64,000 nt of DNA from Micavibrio sp. (GTDB taxonomy: Bacteria > Patescibacteriota > Minisyncoccia > Moranbacterales > GCA-2747515). Positions 1-9,811 of this stretch are shown here, piece after piece. Position 1 is the stretch's first letter; every line of letters starts with the position of its first letter. The notes below the pieces were generated by a model. The model was not told where the DNA came from. It worked only from the letters and a program-made list of their open reading frames with translations, and searched no databases. The translations under genes were made by a program, and so were the position numbers. The DNA lies in assembly GCA_020718085.1 (NCBI GenBank), contig DYDB01000001.1, positions 47,384-111,383 of the forward strand. Reading direction: 5' to 3'.

Positions 1-97
1 ATCAGTGTTCATACCTCCGACAAGCATTACATTTGTTGACATGGATGAAATGATGAAACAAATGAACCTATCGATCCCGGATGGCGATACGCAGTAA
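1..97 (+). CDS. 3' end of an upstream gene (partial, product unknown)
   Basis: Open frame from the window edge to TAA at 95-97 (...SITFVDMDEMMKQMNLSIPDGDTQ*), followed by a hairpin terminator. No start codon lies in the window. Confidence 0.25.
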   Translation, partial: SVFIPPTSITFVDMDEMMKQMNLSIPDGDTQ

Positions 98-121
98 ATG
101 TGTAATATAAGAACTTATAAG

Positions 122-149
122 AAAAACGGCCTTAACAGCCGTTTTTCCT
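122..149 (+). terminator. Rho-independent terminator
   Basis: GC hairpin aaaacggc/cttaaca/gccgtttt followed by a T-run. Confidence 0.55.
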
Positions 150-221
150 GTTGCCTACTTTGCAAAAAAATATTGCACGAGTATGATAGAATAAGAATAT
201 ATAAATGATAAATATGTTTTT

Positions 222-770
222 ATGACATGTAAAGGCGGTGTTAAAATTTTCCTTCTCCTGCTCATTATAATTGTAGTTGGGCTTTCGGCTGTTATGTTCT
301 CTTTTGATGATCATGGTATCGCAGAAAATGTGCAAAATAAAGCACAAGAGGCATTGCGAGACGGAGGTGAAAAAGTGATTGATAAAGTGGCCGAGGAAGG
401 GCGCGTTGCAGTCGGAGAGAAGCTCAAGGAGACCGGGGAAAAAATGATGACGGTGGAAAATAATGATCCGGGTGTGTACCAAAAATATGACGAAAATATT
501 GTTGCGCAGTATGAAAAAAATATTTTGTTCTTTACAGCATCATGGTGTCCCAGTTGTGTGGAGGCAGACAAAAATATACTGGCGCAAAAAAATATGATCC
601 CCACAATAATGGCAATTTATGCAGTGGATTATGATGCAGCAGTGCAATTACGTGAAAAATATCACATCGACAAACAACATACATTTGTGCAGATCGATCA
701 ATCAGGCAATGAGATTACGAGATGGACAAACAGTACAACAGTGGAAGACATTGTCTCACATATGCAGTAA
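222..770 (+). CDS. Membrane-anchored thioredoxin-like protein (CxxC)
   Basis: N-terminal hydrophobic helix. WCPSC active-site motif in a thioredoxin-fold context (FTASWCPSCV). Confidence 0.6.
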   Translation: MTCKGGVKIFLLLLIIIVVGLSAVMFSFDDHGIAENVQNKAQEALRDGGEKVIDKVAEEGRVAVGEKLKETGEKMMTVENNDPGVYQKYDENIVAQYEKNILFFTASWCPSCVEADKNILAQKNMIPTIMAIYAVDYDAAVQLREKYHIDKQHTFVQIDQSGNEITRWTNSTTVEDIVSHMQ

Positions 771-793
771 TAATATAAAGTTCAGAAAAAGGT

Positions 794-1927
794 ATGGATA
801 TTTATCAAGAATCAATCGCATTACATCACAAAAATCATGGAAAGATCTCACTTAGTCTAAAAGTTGATCTCAAAACAAAGAAAGATCTCTCATTAGCGTA
901 TTCACCAGGTGTTGCCGGTGTATCACGAGCAATCAGCGAGAATCCAGAAATGGTAAAGGATCTTACGATTAAGAAAAACACAATTGCCATAGTATCGGAT
1001 GGAAGCGCAATTCTGGGTCTGGGAAATCTCGGTGCAGAAGCCGCAATTCCAGTGATGGAGGGCAAAGCTGCTCTTTTTAAGAGATTTGCTGATGTTGATG
1101 CATTCCCAATTTGTCTTGCGACACAGGATGTGGAAGAGATCATTGAAACGGTTAAGCGAATCGCGCCGGTTTTTGGCGGAATCAATTTGGAGGATATCAG
1201 TGCACCGCGATGTTTTGAAATTGAAGAACGATTACGTAAAGAAATGACCATTCCAGTAATGCATGACGATCAACATGGCACGGCAGTTGTAGTACTGGCC
1301 GGACTTATGAATGCAATAAAAATTCGTGGTGGTCAAAAAGAAGATCTAAAAGTTGTGATGAATGGCGTGGGTTCTGCCGGTGTGGCAATTACAAAGATCC
1401 TTTTGGAGTGGGGTGTAAAAGATATTGTGCTTTCTGACAGTCGTGGTGTGGTCACGATAGATCGTGATGACATTAATGATGTGAAGAGATCGATGGCAGG
1501 ACAGACAAACCCGCGTAAAGTCTCAGGTATGATGGAAGATGCACTTGTGGGTGCAGATGTATTTATCGGCGTATCAGTTGGTAATATTCTTACAGAAAAG
1601 CATATAGAAAGAATGGCCAAAGACCCGATCATTTTTGCACTTGCAAATCCAGAACCGGAAATTATGCCGGATATTGCCAAAAAAGCCGGTGCATTTATTG
1701 TGGCAACAGGACGCAGTGATTTTCCAAATCAAGTGAACAATGTCTTGGCATTTCCAGGCATATTTCGAGGTGCTTTGGACCATGACATCGTACAATTTAC
1801 AGATGATATGTTCATTAAGGCGGCGCAGGCAATTGCAGCATGTGTAAGCGAACTATCCGTTGATATGATCATTCCAGACCCCTTTGACGAAAGTGTCGCA
1901 CCAGCGGTTGCTGCAGTGATCAGATAG
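794..1927 (+). CDS. NAD(P)-dependent malic enzyme (malate dehydrogenase, decarboxylating)
   Basis: YSPGVAGV and MHDDQHGTAVV motifs typical of the malic-enzyme family. GxGxAG Rossmann motif (NGVGSAGV). About 377 aa, like short bacterial malic enzymes. Confidence 0.85.
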   Translation: MDIYQESIALHHKNHGKISLSLKVDLKTKKDLSLAYSPGVAGVSRAISENPEMVKDLTIKKNTIAIVSDGSAILGLGNLGAEAAIPVMEGKAALFKRFADVDAFPICLATQDVEEIIETVKRIAPVFGGINLEDISAPRCFEIEERLRKEMTIPVMHDDQHGTAVVVLAGLMNAIKIRGGQKEDLKVVMNGVGSAGVAITKILLEWGVKDIVLSDSRGVVTIDRDDINDVKRSMAGQTNPRKVSGMMEDALVGADVFIGVSVGNILTEKHIERMAKDPIIFALANPEPEIMPDIAKKAGAFIVATGRSDFPNQVNNVLAFPGIFRGALDHDIVQFTDDMFIKAAQAIAACVSELSVDMIIPDPFDESVAPAVAAVIR

Positions 1928-2004
1928 TTAGCGCATGCGACAGTACCAATGATGTATGGTAAAATTGAAGTATGTTGACGTAATGAGAGAAAATAAAAGT
2001 ATAT

Positions 2005-3003
2005 ATGAAAAAAAATATCAAGAGAGTTTTCTATGCGCTTATTGTGATCTTCGTAGTCTTTTTTTTGTGGCAAAGATTTAGTGGAAAAACAAAGGATGCA
2101 CAACAAGAATCAATTGTCGTGGGAAAAGGTGCAGTTATGGAAACTGTGAGTGATAGTGGGGAGATTCAGCCAGTCTCATATGCCAATTTGTCTTTTGAAG
2201 TGCCAAGTGTGATCGAGTGGATCGGTGCGAATATTGGAGATGAAGTAAAAAAAGGACAGGTCATGATCCGGATCGATCGTGATCAATTGGGAGCACAAAT
2301 TCACAGTGCGCGCATTACTGTGGAAAAAGCAATTGCTGCAGAAGAGCTTGCACGACGTAAGTGGGATGATTATAAGCCGGAGCAAAAATACAGCATTCTT
2401 AAAGATGTAGAACAGGCGCGCGCGCAATTGGCAGCAACACGATCACAATGGACAAAAACTGAAATCGTATCACCAATTGATGGTATTGTTACACAGCAAG
2501 ACGGACGTGTGGGAGAGGTGGCGAGTGGCACCGTTATGCGTGTGATCGATCCTTCGGTCATGCACATTGAGGCATTTATGTCAGAGTCCGATGTGCCAAA
2601 GATGCATGTTGGTCAAGAGGCAAAGATCACATTTGACGCTTTTGATGATGAATTGTTTCGCGCAGAAATCGAGCAGATCGATCCAGAAGCTGTACAAATC
2701 CAAGACGTGACATATTATCGCACATTGCTCAAAATGGATCATGTGGAGGAACGTATGCGTCCAGGTATGAGCGTGGATGTGGATATTATCGTTGCACAAA
2801 AAGATGATGTTTTGGCAATTCCAATTCGATTTATGCGGTCGGATGACACGGGAGACTTTGTGTATATATCGGATGGAAAAGAAGGATATGCAAAACAATA
2901 TATTACACGTGGATTGGAAGGAGATAATGGTAACGTGGAGATCGTGAGCGGATTGCAAGAGGGACAAGAGATCTTTGCGATATATGATGAAGATAAAAAA
3001 TGA
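2005..3003 (+). CDS. HlyD/MacA-family periplasmic adaptor (membrane fusion protein)
   Basis: N-terminal TM anchor, coiled-coil region and lipoyl/beta-barrel segments. First gene of a three-gene ABC efflux unit. Confidence 0.7.
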   Translation: MKKNIKRVFYALIVIFVVFFLWQRFSGKTKDAQQESIVVGKGAVMETVSDSGEIQPVSYANLSFEVPSVIEWIGANIGDEVKKGQVMIRIDRDQLGAQIHSARITVEKAIAAEELARRKWDDYKPEQKYSILKDVEQARAQLAATRSQWTKTEIVSPIDGIVTQQDGRVGEVASGTVMRVIDPSVMHIEAFMSESDVPKMHVGQEAKITFDAFDDELFRAEIEQIDPEAVQIQDVTYYRTLLKMDHVEERMRPGMSVDVDIIVAQKDDVLAIPIRFMRSDDTGDFVYISDGKEGYAKQYITRGLEGDNGNVEIVSGLQEGQEIFAIYDEDKK

Positions 3004-3004
3004 T

Positions 3005-3784
3005 ATGGCACAAGAAGAGGTGATCATTGCATGTAAGAATTTGCAGAAGGTGTATGATATGGGTGAAACAAAAACACATGCACTTTGTGATGCGTCATGT
3101 GAGATTCGGCGTGGGGAGTTTGTGTCAATTATGGGACCAAGCGGATCTGGTAAGTCAACTTTGATGCATGTACTCAGTTTATTGGAGCGACCAACAGGCG
3201 GTTCGTATCTTTTTCGTGGGAAAGATGCATTGATCTTTGATGATGAAGAACTTGCGCGCATCCGTAATCAAGAAATTGGATTTGTGTTTCAATCTTTTAA
3301 TCTTTTATCGCGCGTAAGTGTGCTGGAGAATGTGGAATTGCCACTTTTGTATGATTTTTATAGTGATGACACGGCATCAGACAAAAAAACATTTCTCGGA
3401 AGATTATTAGGATCGACCGGAAAAAAAGAACGTGTTAAAAAAGCATTGGCGGATGTGGATATGTTACACAGGATCGACTTCATGCCGCACCAACTCTCCG
3501 GCGGAGAAAAACAGCGTGTGGCAATTGCACGTGCTCTTGTGAACAATCCGGATGTGATCTTTGCAGATGAGCCAACGGGCAATCTTGATTCTAAATCAGG
3601 AACGCAAGTTTTGCGCATCTTGCAACATTTGCATAAAAAGGGGCATACGATCATTTTGGTCACACATGAACATGCAACTGCTGAACATGCTGAAAGAATT
3701 TTGCGTATCAGTGATGGATGTATTGTGTCTGATGAAAAAGTTTCACAGAGGCGCTTTGCGGATGATGTTGTGCTTGTTAAATAA
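3005..3784 (+). CDS. ABC transporter ATP-binding protein (MacB/LolD-like)
   Basis: Walker [10 protein letters not shown], signature [15 protein letters not shown], Walker B IFADEPT, H-loop. ATG at 3005 abuts the adaptor stop. Confidence 0.85.
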   Translation: MAQEEVIIACKNLQKVYDMGETKTHALCDASCEIRRGEFVSIMGPSGSGKSTLMHVLSLLERPTGGSYLFRGKDALIFDDEELARIRNQEIGFVFQSFNLLSRVSVLENVELPLLYDFYSDDTASDKKTFLGRLLGSTGKKERVKKALADVDMLHRIDFMPHQLSGGEKQRVAIARALVNNPDVIFADEPTGNLDSKSGTQVLRILQHLHKKGHTIILVTHEHATAEHAERILRISDGCIVSDEKVSQRRFADDVVLVK

Positions 3785-3811
3785 TATACAAAAAACTGTT
3801 AGTATTTTTTT

Positions 3812-5059
3812 ATGATCCGTCAATTGCTTCTCTCACTTCGTATCACGTGGCAAAATTTTTTTGCGGCAAAGTTGCGCACATCTTTGACGGTTTTAGGTAT
3901 TGTTATTGGCATTGCTGCCATTTTGATCGTTATGAGCATCGGAGCGAGCGCACAAGATCTGATTCTTGGTCAAATTCGTGCTGTAGGATCGAATTTGATT
4001 GGTATTTTGCCAGGTGCATCGGAAGATGATGGTCCGCCGGCGAGTGCATTTGGTATTGTGATCACAACCCTTACAAATGATGACCTGGAGGCTTTGAGAA
4101 AAAAGAGTAATGTGCCACATGCGGTTGCAATTTCCGGTTATGTCACAGGTAACGCTATTGTCAAAAGTAAAAATTATACCAAATCACAAACGTTTCAAGG
4201 CGTCTCGGCAGATATGATCAATGTGGAAAACAACACAATTTCTACCGGACGTTTTTTTTCTGTTGCGGAAGATGAAAAAAATGCACACGTTGCCGTATTG
4301 GGAGCGACAATTGCAAAAGACATTTTTGATGATGCTGATCCTCTTGGTAAAAAAATCAAGATCGATGATCAAACATTTCGAGTTGTTGGCGTACTAAAGC
4401 CAAAGGGTTCATCATTGATCTCTAATTTTGACGAGATGATCTATATCCCACTTCAGGCTGCACAAAAAAATCTTTTGGGAATTGATCACTTGAATTTCAT
4501 TCGTTTACGTGTGGATAGTGAAGAACATATGGTACAAACAGAAAAAGATGTAGATGCGCTTTTACGATCAAGACATGATATTCCTGATGATGAAAATGGG
4601 GATTATTCCATACGCAATATGGCAAGCGCTTTGTCGATCATCAATAATGTAACCAACATTATGAAATATTTTCTTGCAGCAGTTGCTGCGGTCTCTTTGA
4701 TCGTCGGAGGAATTGGTGTGATGAACATCATGTTCATTGCACTATCACAACGTATTCGTGAAATTGGTTTACGCAAGGCAGTAGGCGCACGCAAAAGAGA
4801 TATTGTGACGCAATTCCTTTTTGAGTCCATGACCATTGCTTGTGTTGGAGGAATTGTTGGATTTTTAAGCGGTTTGGGTGTGGTGTATTTTGTAGGCTAT
4901 GTTGCACGCGTACAAGGTTATACATGGACGGTCTTTCTTTCGTGGAATATGGTCGTGATGGCATTGATCACATCAGCGATCTTGGGATTCTTTTTCGGCA
5001 TTTATCCGGCATGGAAAGCATCGAAAATCTCTCCAATGGAAGCATTACGTTACGAATAA
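3812..5059 (+). CDS. ABC transporter permease, FtsX/MacB type
   Basis: N-terminal TM, large periplasmic domain and C-terminal FtsX-like four-TM bundle (GGIGVMNIM...RIREIGLRKAVGA). Confidence 0.8.
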   Translation: MIRQLLLSLRITWQNFFAAKLRTSLTVLGIVIGIAAILIVMSIGASAQDLILGQIRAVGSNLIGILPGASEDDGPPASAFGIVITTLTNDDLEALRKKSNVPHAVAISGYVTGNAIVKSKNYTKSQTFQGVSADMINVENNTISTGRFFSVAEDEKNAHVAVLGATIAKDIFDDADPLGKKIKIDDQTFRVVGVLKPKGSSLISNFDEMIYIPLQAAQKNLLGIDHLNFIRLRVDSEEHMVQTEKDVDALLRSRHDIPDDENGDYSIRNMASALSIINNVTNIMKYFLAAVAAVSLIVGGIGVMNIMFIALSQRIREIGLRKAVGARKRDIVTQFLFESMTIACVGGIVGFLSGLGVVYFVGYVARVQGYTWTVFLSWNMVVMALITSAILGFFFGIYPAWKASKISPMEALRYE

Positions 5060-5064
5060 AAAAT

Positions 5065-6321
5065 ATGAATATCATTTCTCTTATTATTATTTCGGTCAAA
5101 AGTCTCTTTTCGCATAAGATGCGTACAGTTTTGACGCTTTTGGGTATTATTGTAAGTGTAATGGCGATCATGAGCGTGGTGACAATGGGTGAATCCTTTC
5201 AGTCATATGTGAGCGGTGAAATTGAGGCATTTGGCACCGACACGATCCAAGTAGAAACATCCCTTCCTGAAACGGAGCATGTATCTTCTGAGAATGCATC
5301 AAGCATGGCGATGGGCGTGCAAATTACTACGCTTACGGAAGATGATGCAGAGGCATTGGCGCAATTGCCAAATGTTGTAGCGTATAACACGGGACTTCTC
5401 GGACAGGCGCGGGCGAAGTATGATGATAAAAAAAGATATGTAACAATTTTGGGGTCTAGTGCTGATGCACTAGTTGTCGATCCTGGCGCTGAGATCGCAT
5501 ACGGAAGATTTTTTACAGAAGAAGAACATCGCACATCGGAAAATGTGATCGTTGTAGGTTCCACAGTTGCAGAAGCACTTTTTGATAAGGTGGGGGATGA
5601 AGTGATTGGAACACGCGTTACTCTCAATGATAATCGATATAAGGTGGTGGGTATTTTGAAAGAGCGTGGCGCTTCATTTGGATTTTCTTTTGATGATATG
5701 GTATATATGCCGCATACCACATTACAAAAAAAGATCTTGGGCATTGATTACTTGAGTTACATTACTTTTAAGGTGGGTGATGTGCAAACAATTGATCAAA
5801 CAGCAGAAAGTATGCGATGGATATTGCGCTCGCGTCATGAAATTGATACGCCAAGTGAGGATGATTTTTCTGTTATGACGATCATTGAAGCACAAGACAT
5901 GTTTGATACAATCCTTGGCGGTGTAAATATCTTACTTCTGGCTCTGGCTTCCATTTCTCTTTTGGTTGGTGGAATTGGAATTATGAATATTATGCTGGTG
6001 TCGATTGAAGAACGGCGCATGGAAATTGGTTTGCGGAAAGCTCTTGGTGCGCGTAAGCGAGACATCATCAAGCAGTTTGTGATCGAATCAATTGTGATCG
6101 CATGTGCAGGATCGATCATTGGCATTATTATCACCACAGTTCTTCTCTCCGCTGCATTTGCTGCGATTCGTTATGCAGGGTTTGATGACATTAATTTTTA
6201 TATTCCCACACGAGCAATACTTGTGGCGATGATCTTTTCTGTGTCATCAGGCATTATCTTTGGTGTATATCCGGCACGTCGTGCAGCGGCGATCTCACCC
6301 ATGCAAGCAATCTCCTCGTAA
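5065..6321 (+). CDS. ABC transporter permease, FtsX/MacB type (paralogue)
   Basis: Same architecture and motifs as 3812-5059 (GGIGIMNIM...RRMEIGLRKALGA). Start moved to the ATG at 5065, just after the stop of the upstream gene. Confidence 0.8.
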   Translation: MNIISLIIISVKSLFSHKMRTVLTLLGIIVSVMAIMSVVTMGESFQSYVSGEIEAFGTDTIQVETSLPETEHVSSENASSMAMGVQITTLTEDDAEALAQLPNVVAYNTGLLGQARAKYDDKKRYVTILGSSADALVVDPGAEIAYGRFFTEEEHRTSENVIVVGSTVAEALFDKVGDEVIGTRVTLNDNRYKVVGILKERGASFGFSFDDMVYMPHTTLQKKILGIDYLSYITFKVGDVQTIDQTAESMRWILRSRHEIDTPSEDDFSVMTIIEAQDMFDTILGGVNILLLALASISLLVGGIGIMNIMLVSIEERRMEIGLRKALGARKRDIIKQFVIESIVIACAGSIIGIIITTVLLSAAFAAIRYAGFDDINFYIPTRAILVAMIFSVSSGIIFGVYPARRAAAISPMQAISS

Positions 6322-6357
6322 TAACGGTTCAAATAAAGTAGAAATTGTGTATTTTTT

Positions 6358-6416
6358 GTCATTCCAGACCTGCCTACCGACAGGCAAACGTCGACTTTGT
6401 TTCTAGGATGACAAGC
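6358..6416. repeat. MITE-like repeat, family B (gtcattccGACCctgcctaccgRcaggca...ggatgacaag)
   Basis: Near-identical copy at 27141-27198. The core also occurs reverse-complemented at 13285-13332, and fragments occur at 52694-52719 and 53287-53310. Confidence 0.6.
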
Positions 6417-6431
6417 ATATCAGTTTCATAT

Positions 6432-6459
6432 AAAAAACCGCCACGGAGGGCGGTTTTTT
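6432..6459. terminator. Bidirectional rho-independent terminator
   Basis: aaaaaaccgcc-acggag-ggcggtttttt: a perfect 6-bp GC stem flanked by an A-run and a T-run. Lies between convergent genes ending at 6321 (+) and 6478 (-). Confidence 0.8.
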
Positions 6460-6477
6460 CGTAAATGCGTGGAAAAG

Positions 6478-6720
6478 CTATTTTTTACGTCCAGTAAGGA
6501 GAGCAGCAATGCTTGCGCCGATTGCTGCACCTGCAGCAGCAGAAATTGCAGCTGCCTTTGCCGGGTTCTTCTTGATGAAATCAGCAACTTTCTTTTCTGC
6601 AACAACGAGTTCCTTTTTTACTTTTTTCATCTCTCTTTCAGCCACTTTTTGCAGCTTTTGAGCCTCTTTTTTAGCAATTGCACGCGGGTCAATCTTCTTT
6701 TTTGCGGTTTTTTGTACCAT
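6478..6720 (-). CDS. Small Lys-rich protein with C-terminal Gly/Ala-rich hydrophobic segment (function unknown)
   Basis: 80-aa ORF. Charged coiled-coil-like N-terminal part, then AAAISAAAGAAIGASIAALLTG followed by RKK. Ends at the bidirectional terminator. Confidence 0.5.
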   Translation of the reverse strand: MVQKTAKKKIDPRAIAKKEAQKLQKVAEREMKKVKKELVVAEKKVADFIKKNPAKAAAISAAAGAAIGASIAALLTGRKK

Positions 6721-6897
6721 TGTTTTATTTTTACATATTACACGCCCTCATTATAACACATTATGTAAAAATACCAACAAAAAGCCATTTTTTATGGTAT
6801 TATGAGATACTTGACAAAAAAGCAATTTTCTGCTATTATAGTTGGTTAACTCGACGATGTACGGAGATGTCTATCATAATAGAAATTATATTGTTTT

Positions 6898-7860
6898 ATG
6901 AACAGCAATCAACAAAAAAAGATCACTGTGATCATTCCTACATTTAATGTGGAGGATTTGATTGAGCAGGCAATTCGCTCTGTTTTATGGGCAGATGAGA
7001 TCTTTGTTGTGGACTCTTTTTCGACAGATCGTACAGTTGAGATCGCAAAAAAATATGGTGTGCGTGTTGTACAACATGAGTATGTGTACAGTGCAAAACA
7101 GAAAAACTGGGCAATTCCACAAGCAAAAAATGACTGGATACTTCTTCTTGATAGTGATGAGGTTGTAACAGATGAGCTTCGTGATACGATCCAACACATG
7201 CTTGCAACAAATAATATTGAATCATTTGATGGATTTGGTATTGCACGCAAACACTACTTTTTGGGAAAGTTCTTGCGATGGGGCGGACGATATCCATTGT
7301 ATAATATTCGATTATTCCGTAAGTCATGTCGCTATGAAGATCGCAATGTGCATGCACATATCATTCTTGCAAAAGATCGTATGAAAAATATTTCCGGAGA
7401 TATCTTGCACTATAGTGATCGATCATTGGAACAGTTTTTTGAGAAATTCAATCGATATTCCACATGGCAAGCAAACTACATGTTGCGTGTCTATGAACAT
7501 GGTATGACAAAGATCTCGTGGACAATGTTTTTGACAAATCCGTTTTATGCAAAGGCGATGATCAAAGACTTATGGACGTTTATTCCGTTGACGCCGCTCA
7601 TTCGCTTTGTATACATGTTCGTATTACGGTTAGGATTTTTGGATGGACGACACGGATTTATGATCGCATTCTTCTATGCATTTCAAGATTATGTTGCAAA
7701 AACCAAATATCTCGAGATGCGTAAAAAATCACCGAAGATGCGTCTCACATTCCAAAAGTATGTTGCAAAAAGTTGTGCATCACTCTGGCAATCACATAAA
7801 GGTTTTGGTAGCTATGTCGATAATGACTTCTCAATTAAAAGTAATAATGTAACCATATGA
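6898..7860 (+). CDS. Glycosyltransferase family 2
   Basis: N-terminal ITVIIPTFNVEDLIEQAIRSV...VVDSFSTDRT...LLDSDE (GT2 DxD-type signature). Confidence 0.75.
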   Translation: MNSNQQKKITVIIPTFNVEDLIEQAIRSVLWADEIFVVDSFSTDRTVEIAKKYGVRVVQHEYVYSAKQKNWAIPQAKNDWILLLDSDEVVTDELRDTIQHMLATNNIESFDGFGIARKHYFLGKFLRWGGRYPLYNIRLFRKSCRYEDRNVHAHIILAKDRMKNISGDILHYSDRSLEQFFEKFNRYSTWQANYMLRVYEHGMTKISWTMFLTNPFYAKAMIKDLWTFIPLTPLIRFVYMFVLRLGFLDGRHGFMIAFFYAFQDYVAKTKYLEMRKKSPKMRLTFQKYVAKSCASLWQSHKGFGSYVDNDFSIKSNNVTI

Positions 7861-8678
7861 ACCATATAACAATTACAGACATGATGTCACGATGGCGTAT
7901 GCTCTTGGTGTTCACAATTGTGTTTGGACTCATTGCATTCATTGTATCTGCACTGCTTCCTGCGAAGTATCAAAGTGACATACAAATGATCGTGATCCAA
8001 AAACAAGCGGATGACAAGGTGGACGCATTCAGTGCGACAAAGTCTGCAGAGTTCTTGAGCAATATTTTTGCACAAGCGATCTATACTACGTCGTTTTTCA
8101 ATAGCGTGCAGGATGCACCGTTTGATGTGCGACGCACATTTTCTCATGATCCGGAAAAACGTCAAAAAGAATGGGAAAAATTCATCAATGTAAAAAAAGT
8201 GAACAATACCGGTATTCTCAAGATCAGTGTATATGACGAATCTCGCAAAACAGCGGAAGAAACAGCAAAAGCGATCGCATATATTTTGACCACGAACAGT
8301 GAATCATATCATGGTGGTGGCGCGCGGGTGGAAGTGCGTTTGATCGACGGACCAAATACACCGCTTCGACCGACAGTGCCATATATTATTCCCAATACGA
8401 TCGTTGGTGCACTTGGCGGCATGATCATTGCAATGATACTTATCTATTTTTTCCCGGCAGTACAATTTAGTACGTCACATACGCCCATAGATCAATATGC
8501 GCAAGAAGTGGAAGAAATGATGGTATATGAGCCGACCACAGTTGTATTCGCACCGGAAGAAATGCAAGAAGATATCGTATCTGAACATTTCAATAAGGTG
8601 GGTGGGACGATCGAATTTGATCCTGAGGTGGAGGAACTTCACAAGCGGATCAGTGAATTTCGTACAACAAACGGTTAA
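7857..8678 (+). CDS. Wzz-like polysaccharide chain-length determinant (PCP family)
   Basis: N-terminal TM, central periplasmic segment and C-terminal TM (GALGGMIIAMILIYFF). Start overlaps the GT2 stop. Lies in a glycan-synthesis cluster. Confidence 0.55.
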   Translation: MNHITITDMMSRWRMLLVFTIVFGLIAFIVSALLPAKYQSDIQMIVIQKQADDKVDAFSATKSAEFLSNIFAQAIYTTSFFNSVQDAPFDVRRTFSHDPEKRQKEWEKFINVKKVNNTGILKISVYDESRKTAEETAKAIAYILTTNSESYHGGGARVEVRLIDGPNTPLRPTVPYIIPNTIVGALGGMIIAMILIYFFPAVQFSTSHTPIDQYAQEVEEMMVYEPTTVVFAPEEMQEDIVSEHFNKVGGTIEFDPEVEELHKRISEFRTTNG

Positions 8679-8863
8679 AAAGATATTGCATGCACACGTG
8701 ATCCATGATACACTGACCTACTTAATAGGAAAGAATCAAAGGATCACACATTCTGCTGTGTAGCACAAAGATTTTTGTGCTACATGCAGAGTCAGAAAAG
8801 GTCTGATTCTAGAATTTGTTCTTATAAAAGAAGTATTTACATAGCCTAAGGAGGGCAAAGAAG

Positions 8864-9628
8864 ATGAGAAAATTGATGGCAGTTCTGGTAGTCTTGGTGT
8901 CATGTGCATTTGCGTCAAATTCAATTGCGGCTGTGCACGTCTATGGAAAATTGGAAAGGGTAGCGGCAGTCGTTGTGTATCTTGAGGGTCAAGGTGCACA
9001 AGATGTTTATGCCCATCCCACATCAGAGGTCATGGGAACGTACAAAGGAAAGCCATGGCCCGGTGTCAATGTCGCGACAGTGGAAAGCAGTGATGGATCC
9101 CAGGGTATTTTCGTTCCGGTTTCCAACAGCGTGCTTAAGGAAGGATTGTGCGATGATCAAAAGACGCTTCTGCGAACTTTTGTTCCACCGCCAGCTCCAG
9201 CAAAAAAAGCTCCGGCAAAGAATCTCTATGCTGGTACAGTGCCTGCAAGTTCCATGCGTACCATTCAGAGCGGTGACTCATGTGATGAGCGCCAATTTTC
9301 TGGTATGGTAACAAAGGGAGCGCTCGAGGCATCAGGCGGACAAACCGTCGATGTACTTGAGCTTCATAGACGTGCCGGAAAATCCATGGAATACAAGGCC
9401 AAACGCTTGCGAGTAGATGCATCGTCCGGTATTGCCATTCCGATGGTATGGTCCTCAGACGGAAGCTGTGTACGAAAGTACTCCGAGCAGTCCTTGACTG
9501 AGTCAGAGTTACGGACGCTTCTTTCAACCTCCGAATCGTTGCGGTCTACGACTGTAAGTGATATTGGGCGAAAAAACTTCGGTGCACATCTCACCGAAGG
9601 GGTATATCTGATATATCCGACCAAATAA
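8864..9628 (+). CDS. Secreted protein of unknown function (signal peptide), paralogue of 9812-10249
   Basis: Strong RBS aaggaggg. Signal peptide MRKLMAVLVVLVSCAFASNSIAA. The C-terminal about 110 aa align with the downstream ORF (FSGMVTK...KAKRLRV...GIAxP). Local GC is higher. Confidence 0.6.
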   Translation: MRKLMAVLVVLVSCAFASNSIAAVHVYGKLERVAAVVVYLEGQGAQDVYAHPTSEVMGTYKGKPWPGVNVATVESSDGSQGIFVPVSNSVLKEGLCDDQKTLLRTFVPPPAPAKKAPAKNLYAGTVPASSMRTIQSGDSCDERQFSGMVTKGALEASGGQTVDVLELHRRAGKSMEYKAKRLRVDASSGIAIPMVWSSDGSCVRKYSEQSLTESELRTLLSTSESLRSTTVSDIGRKNFGAHLTEGVYLIYPTK

Positions 9629-9688
9629 GGTGTAAAAAAAGAGCATTGGTCCCCATGTGGATCCGTGCTCTTTTCCTTTTTTCAGCTC

Positions 9689-9717
9689 TTGACAGCGAAG
9701 TGTTTTTGGTATATAAT
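9689..9717 (+). promoter_or_regulatory. Consensus sigma70-type promoter (TTGACA-17-TATAAT)
   Basis: TTGACA at 9689-9694, a 17-nt spacer, and TATAAT at 9712-9717. Lies about 95 nt upstream of the 9812 start. Confidence 0.6.
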
Positions 9718-9811
9718 ACATGGTTCTATGGTGATCGCAGTTCTGTGACACTGAGAATAGGGAATGGTTGTTCTTATTAATAATCATCGAAATCCCAAGG
9801 AGGAAACTGCG

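Noticed and set aside
2975-3004. N-terminal extension (MRYMMKIKND) of the ABC ATPase ORF, overlapping the adaptor gene
   Set aside because: The ATG at 3005 directly follows the adaptor stop and gives a canonical ABC N-terminus. The extension is probably read-through in the ORF track.
4840-5064. 225-nt upstream extension of the second FtsX permease ORF, overlapping the first permease in another frame
   Set aside because: The encoded Cys/Trp-rich peptide has no permease-like features. The ATG at 5065 with a hydrophobic N-terminal helix is the plausible start.
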